Shown: piece after piece, positions 59,129-64,000 of the stretch
How the letters are laid out: every line of letters starts with the position of its first letter
Numbering within the stretch: position 1 is the first letter of the stretch
NCBI GenBank assembly: GCA_963664225.1
Contig: OY760937.1
Coordinates: forward strand, 1,792,001-1,856,000
Length of the DNA: 64,000 nucleotides
Reading direction: 5' to 3'
DNA from: Verrucomicrobiia bacterium
GTDB taxonomy: Bacteria; Verrucomicrobiota; Verrucomicrobiia; Limisphaerales; UBA1319
Position numbers and translations under genes: made by a program
Notes under the pieces: model-generated
The model's input: only the letters and a program-made list of their open reading frames with translations
What the model was told of the DNA's origin: nothing
The model's database searches: none

Positions 59129-60505
59129 ATGAACGCCATTGAAACCTATCTCCGGGATAACGAACCACGGTTTATTCACGATTTGTGCGAGTATCTGCGG
59201 TTTCCCAGCATTTCTGCGCAACCGGAGCATCGGGAGGACGTGAGCCGATGCGCGCAATGGCTGGCGGAGCATTGCCGGCAGATCGGCCTCGAAGTGAGGG
59301 TGATTCCGACCAAAGGCAATCCCGTGGTGATGGCACGCACACCGCGCCAGGGAAAAGGTTCGCGCCCGCACTTCATGGTTTACGGCCATTATGATGTGCA
59401 ACCGGTCGATCCGTTGGATTTGTGGAAGACGCCGCCCTTCGAGCCGCGCATTCTGGGCCGGAGCCTTTTCGCGCGCGGCGCGAGCGACAACAAAGGCCAG
59501 CACCTGGCGCACCTGAACGCCGTGGAAGCCTACCTGAAAACAGGCACGCCGCTGCCGTGCGACCTGACCTTTGTCATCGAGGGCGAAGAGGAAGTGGGCA
59601 GCGAGCATCTGGCCGAGTTTCTCAAGGCAAATCGCGCCGCACTGAAATGTCAGGCGGTGGTGATTTCGGACTCGGGCATGCCGGAGCGCAATTGCCCCGC
59701 GCTCACCTATGCGCTGCGCGGCATCGCGGCCATGGAAGTGCGCCTTAGCGGTCCCTCCCGCGACCTGCACTCCGGCATTTACGGTGGCTCCCTGGAAAAT
59801 CCCGCCATGGCGCTCTGCCGCATCCTGGCCCAACTCCAGGACTCCAAGGGCCGTGTGGCGGTTCCCGGATTCTACGACGAGGTCGATGCGCTCTCGAAAT
59901 TTGAACGCAAGCAACTGGCGCGCCTGCCCTATAGCGAAAATGCTTATAAAAAGTTCCTCGGTGTCCCTCAACTATTTGGCGAAAAGGGTTTCACCTCCTG
60001 GGAGCAACGCACCGCACGGCCCACGCTGGAAATCAACGGCCTGACGAGCGGTTACCAGGGTGAAGGAAGCAAGACGATCATTCCCGCCTGGGCCAGCGCC
60101 AAGCTGACCATGCGCCTCGTGCCGCATCAGAATCCAAAACGCATTTTGCAGCTTGTCACAAAACGGCTCAAGGAGCTTTGTCCGCCCACGGCACGCATGC
60201 GCATCGAAACCGGCCATTGCGGCGAGGCTTATCTCGTCTCCCCTGAAGGACGAGATGTGCAGGCCGCGTTGCGTGCGCTTAAAAAAGCCTTTGGCAGCGA
60301 GCCGGTTCTCATGCGCGAGGGCGGATCGATCCCGATTGTCACCGACTTCAAAAAGATCCTCGGCGCGCAATCCCTGCTGTTGGGGTTGGCGCTCCCGGAT
60401 GACAACGCCCACTCGCCCAACGAGAAATTCGATCTCGACTGCTACGCCAAGGGGGCGCTCCTCGGCGCCTGCCTCTGGCCGGAGTTGACCGGGGCGGGAA
60501 AGTAG
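59129..60505 (+). CDS. M20-family dipeptidase
   Basis: YGHYDVQP, RGASDNKG, EGEEE, DLHSG, GGSIP, HSPNE. Confidence 0.95.
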   Translation: MNAIETYLRDNEPRFIHDLCEYLRFPSISAQPEHREDVSRCAQWLAEHCRQIGLEVRVIPTKGNPVVMARTPRQGKGSRPHFMVYGHYDVQPVDPLDLWKTPPFEPRILGRSLFARGASDNKGQHLAHLNAVEAYLKTGTPLPCDLTFVIEGEEEVGSEHLAEFLKANRAALKCQAVVISDSGMPERNCPALTYALRGIAAMEVRLSGPSRDLHSGIYGGSLENPAMALCRILAQLQDSKGRVAVPGFYDEVDALSKFERKQLARLPYSENAYKKFLGVPQLFGEKGFTSWEQRTARPTLEINGLTSGYQGEGSKTIIPAWASAKLTMRLVPHQNPKRILQLVTKRLKELCPPTARMRIETGHCGEAYLVSPEGRDVQAALRALKKAFGSEPVLMREGGSIPIVTDFKKILGAQSLLLGLALPDDNAHSPNEKFDLDCYAKGALLGACLWPELTGAGK

Positions 60506-60572
60506 GTTTTGAAAGTCAGGATGACTACTTGAAGTCGGAGGACGGCCCGCTATGCTGGACCCAGGTTTTTTT

Positions 60573-61274
60573 ATGAGTAAACTGATTATTCGTATTCTTG
60601 AGCAGTCCAAACGGGCGCTCGTATTTGTCACCGCCACTGCGGCACTGGGGCTGACCGTCACGGCGTCAGCCGCTGTTAATGTCCATCTGGATGTTTCGGA
60701 GGTTCCTGAATTGCAGGCTTGGGGAGACAAGTCCAGGGCGCTTTGCGAGGAATGGTTTCCAAAACTTCTCGAGTTGCTTCCCAGCGAAGGCTTTAAAGGG
60801 CCCGACGACGTATATCTGAAGTTCTCCAAAGACATGCGCGGAGTGGCAGCCACGGGCGGAGATCACATCACCGTGTCCGCCTCCTACGTCAAACATGCGA
60901 CCAACGATTTCGGCATGGTGGTTCATGAATTGGTGCATGTGGTCCAGGCCTATCCGCCGCACAAACAAGGATTCGCGAGCCCGGGATGGCTCGTTGAAGG
61001 CATTGCCGATTACATCCGTCTTTTCAAATACGAACCAGACGCGCGGCGCCCCCGCATTAATCCCGAAAAGGACAGTTACAAGGATGCTTACAAAACGACG
61101 GCCATCTTTCTGGATTGGGTTGTGCGCAAGTATGACAAGGATCTCATCGCCAAGTTCAACCGCTCCTTGCGCGCGGGCGAATTCAAAGTTGAAATGTTCA
61201 AGGATGTCACGGGAAAGAATGTGGACGACCTTTGGAAGGAGTTCACGGATTCCCTCCCTAAAAAACAAGCCTGA
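60573..61274 (+). CDS. Basic secretory protein (BSP) family zinc-peptidase-like protein
   Basis: Signal peptide; HELVH and WLVEGIADY. Confidence 0.88.
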   Translation: MSKLIIRILEQSKRALVFVTATAALGLTVTASAAVNVHLDVSEVPELQAWGDKSRALCEEWFPKLLELLPSEGFKGPDDVYLKFSKDMRGVAATGGDHITVSASYVKHATNDFGMVVHELVHVVQAYPPHKQGFASPGWLVEGIADYIRLFKYEPDARRPRINPEKDSYKDAYKTTAIFLDWVVRKYDKDLIAKFNRSLRAGEFKVEMFKDVTGKNVDDLWKEFTDSLPKKQA

Positions 61275-61293
61275 TAAAATCTTCGCATAAAAC

Positions 61294-61329
61294 CGGCCCC
61301 GCGTGCATCACGATGGGGCCGTTTTTTTT
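61294..61329 (+). terminator. Intrinsic terminator
   Basis: CGGCCCC/GGGGCCG stem followed by T8. Confidence 0.85.
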
Positions 61330-61514
61330 AATTCCAATATCGCCACTCCTTGGGATTAGAGCCTGTTTCAACTTGGAAACACCCGCAATGATCATAAAGC
61401 GGGATTCGTCTGAGGTAATTCACCATTTCAGTTGTTATTATGACAGAGCGTTGAGTATGGTTGGCGGTAATACAGCACAACCCAATCATTAACGCCCAAA
61501 TAAAAGACGTGGAC

Positions 61515-62596
61515 ATGACGCAACAACCGCCCTCTTCACTCCGTGGCTGGACCGTGACTTCAGCCGCCCTCGGCATCAATCTCATCCTTGGAGCCCTTTA
61601 CGCCTGGGGTGTGATCGCCAAAGCGCTGGTCATTAATTGGAAGTGGACCAAGACGGACGCCGCCCTTCCTTTTACCGTTTCGACGGCTGCTTTCGCGCTG
61701 ACGATGATCTTCGCGGGCCGCTGCCAGGATAAGATGGGGCCCCGCTATGTGGCCATGGCCGGGGGGATCATGTTTGGGCTGGGACTCTTCACTTCGTCCT
61801 TTTCCAGCACGCCCATGATGATGGCCATGACCTTCGGCGTTCTGGGTGGCATTGGCTTGGGCCTGTGCTATTCCGCCACAACACCTCCCGCCATCAAGTG
61901 GTTTGCGCCTTCGAAGAAGGGCCTGATCACTGGAATTGTCGTTAGCGGAGTGGGCATTGCCGCGGTGTATGTCTCCCCCTTGACCGCTTATCTATTGGGA
62001 GCCACAAACATACCTCAGACGTTCATGATTCTCGGTGGCAGCGCCACTGTTCTGATCTGCCTGTTTTCCATGGCCCTGACCAATCCACCCGCAGGTTATG
62101 TGCCCGCGGCCGCACAGACGGCCGCCAAGTCCGCCAAACCGGTTACGGCTGTCAGGCCGAGTCTCGACTGGCCTGAAATGCTCCGGAGCCGACAATTTTT
62201 CCAGCTTTGGATCATGTTCGTGCTGTCGGCTTCGGCGGGATTGATGATCATCGCCCATGTGGCCATCATCGCCAAAGAGCAGGCGGGAGTGGACAAGTGG
62301 GGATTTCTGCCCATTGCCATGCTGGCGGTCTTTAACACCCTCGGACGACTGGTCGGCGGTTACGTCTCGGACCGGATTGGCCGCACGCAGACCATGATTC
62401 TGGCCTTTGTTCTGCAGGCGATCAACATGTTCGCCTTCGTCCACTACACGACGCCGGGGATGGTCGTGTTCGGCGCCTCCTTCACCGGTTTGTGTTATGG
62501 GGCCATCTTTACCTTGATGCCCAGCGCCAGCGCCGAGTTTTACGGTGTCCGCAACCTGGGGGTCAACTACGGCCTGCTCTTTACCGCCTTTGGTGT
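61515..62596 (+). pseudogene. OFA/OxlT-family MFS transporter interrupted by IS66
   Basis: LGALYAW, KWF..KKGLITG, FYG..NLGVNYG..FTAFGV, then IS-derived sequence; last TM helices missing. Confidence 0.85.
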
Positions 62597-64000
62597 GTAT
62601 CCGTCAGGCGAAGTGGCAATAGGCAATGTGGGGCTGGCCTGATTAGATTGGCGGCGTGAAAGGCGAATATGGCAACTTTCAGAAGTCACCCGCAACAAGG
62701 CATCGGTTACTTGGGCAACTGTGCGAGCGCTTCGGGATGTGCCTTGGCCCAGGCTTTTGGGGTAATGGTTGGCACCTCACTTTGCTGCATGTTGGGGAGG
62801 CGGCTGAGCACATCACGCAAATAGAGGGCCGGATTGATTTTATGGCGATGACAACTGCCCAGGATCGAGTAGATCACGGCGCTTCGCCAGCCCGCCTCGG
62901 GATGGCCAATGAACAGGAAGTTCTTTTTCCCAATGGCCGTGGGCCGAATTATGTTCTCGATCGGATTATTATCAATCGCCACCTCCCCGAACTGGGCATA
63001 TTGATTCAACTCTGTCCACAAACCCCTGGCATAATGGATGGCCTTGCCCAGAAGGCTTTGGGGCAAAATCTTGGGCTCGATTTTCTCCAGCGCCCTTCCA
63101 ATGCGCGCGAGCACGGGCTTGGCCTCCGCAGCCCGCACGGCTTCCCGCAGGTTGGGCCCGGCCTTCTGCTGGCTCAGACGTCGTTCAATCTCATAGAGCA
63201 GGCTGATTTGCTTCAAAAACCAGGCCGCGTGCCGGTCATGATCCTTGGCCTTATGGAAATATCGCCGGCAATGGGCCCAGCAACCGATCAGGGTCCAATC
63301 CTCCCGTTCCCTAGCCAAAGATTGATAGACGCCATAGCCATCGCATTGGAGCTTGCCCTTGAAAGTCTCCAGAAACGCCTTGGGTCCTTCCCGGCCCCGG
63401 CTGGTCTTCCACTCGAAAATCACATCTCCGCCTGGCTGGCCATACACCCAGAAGTATCCCGTGCAACTGCGCCCGGGCACTTCCCGGTCCAGATATTGAA
63501 TGGGGGTCTCGTCGGCTTGAAGATATTTGGCGGCGCGCAGTCCAGCGGCCATCTCGCGATAGACCGGCAGGAACCAATCGGCCAGGCGTTCGGTCCAATC
63601 GACCATTGTCTGCCGGGCGATGGGCACCCTGTGTCGTTCCCGGAAGATCTTTTCCAGCCGGTAAAAGGGCAGATGATCTTCAAAGCGGCTCAAAATCAAG
63701 TGGACCAGCAAGCCCACTCCCGGCAGTCCTTTTTCGATCAGCCGGTTGGGCAGCTCCGCGATCAGAACCTCCCTGACCTCGGGCAACGAGGTCATTGCCA
63801 GGGCCAACGCCAGCGGCGGCAGCTTGCCTTCCGGTGTCGTGAGCGAAATTTCGGGGGCCGGGGCCGCCGCAGTCCGACGCACAAACTTTGGCCGCGTAAT
63901 TTCCCTCCAGAAAAACCGGCCCGGCTCATAGTCCAATTCCCGTGTGATCAGCTGGTCAATCTGGCGGAACTGGTCCGGGTTGGCTTTCACCTCGTCGGGC
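62597..64000 (-). mobile_element. IS66-family element, right end (continues beyond window)
   Basis: Terminus GTATCCGTC at 62597 exactly where MFS homology stops; TnpC ORF ends 110 bp inside. Confidence 0.88.
62707..64000 (-). CDS. tnpC: IS66 transposase TnpC (5'-partial)
   Basis: DHLPFYR, ADET, CDGY, CWAHCRR, IDNN..E..IR. Confidence 0.95.
   Translation of the reverse strand, partial: PDEVKANPDQFRQIDQLITRELDYEPGRFFWREITRPKFVRRTAAAPAPEISLTTPEGKLPPLALALAMTSLPEVREVLIAELPNRLIEKGLPGVGLLVHLILSRFEDHLPFYRLEKIFRERHRVPIARQTMVDWTERLADWFLPVYREMAAGLRAAKYLQADETPIQYLDREVPGRSCTGYFWVYGQPGGDVIFEWKTSRGREGPKAFLETFKGKLQCDGYGVYQSLAREREDWTLIGCWAHCRRYFHKAKDHDRHAAWFLKQISLLYEIERRLSQQKAGPNLREAVRAAEAKPVLARIGRALEKIEPKILPQSLLGKAIHYARGLWTELNQYAQFGEVAIDNNPIENIIRPTAIGKKNFLFIGHPEAGWRSAVIYSILGSCHRHKINPALYLRDVLSRLPNMQQSEVPTITPKAWAKAHPEALAQLPK

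Overview
GC-rich bacterial chromosome segment, most likely Verrucomicrobiota (Limisphaerales/Pedosphaera-like). This is inferred from the PEP-CTERM, H-X9-DG prepilin and HzsA-like proteins and from protein style, not from a database search. It is mostly housekeeping DNA (rnhC end, rimO-pgsA-pgpA, PPi-pfk/pgk/tpiA/secG, gltX, ftsK-rodZ, amidase, recD2) mixed with envelope-glycan genes and large secreted proteins. The most informative region is the mobile-RNA hotspot at ~1.86-3.92 kb. It holds an intact IS110 (IS621-like) element whose bridge-RNA target and donor guides can be read directly and match its own ends and flanks. About 130 bp away lies a 620-nt ORF-less group IIC intron inserted at the base of a REP-like hairpin, with EBS1 matching IBS1. 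Both sit in a mosaic of short repeats that recurs near 0.2 kb and 31.7 kb. An IS66 at the right edge truncates an OFA-family MFS gene. Candidate undescribed biology, all inference: a membrane protein carrying a ParB-like N-terminal peptide; a Tat-Rieske (non-canonical box 2)/FGE-like/HzsA-like cytochrome cluster; an Ig-repeat protein with a ZU5-like HFT autocleavage motif; a shared C-terminal module on a gingipain-like protease that may be a sorting signal; and degenerate attC-like scars around small orphan genes. No CRISPR array, tRNA or rRNA was seen.
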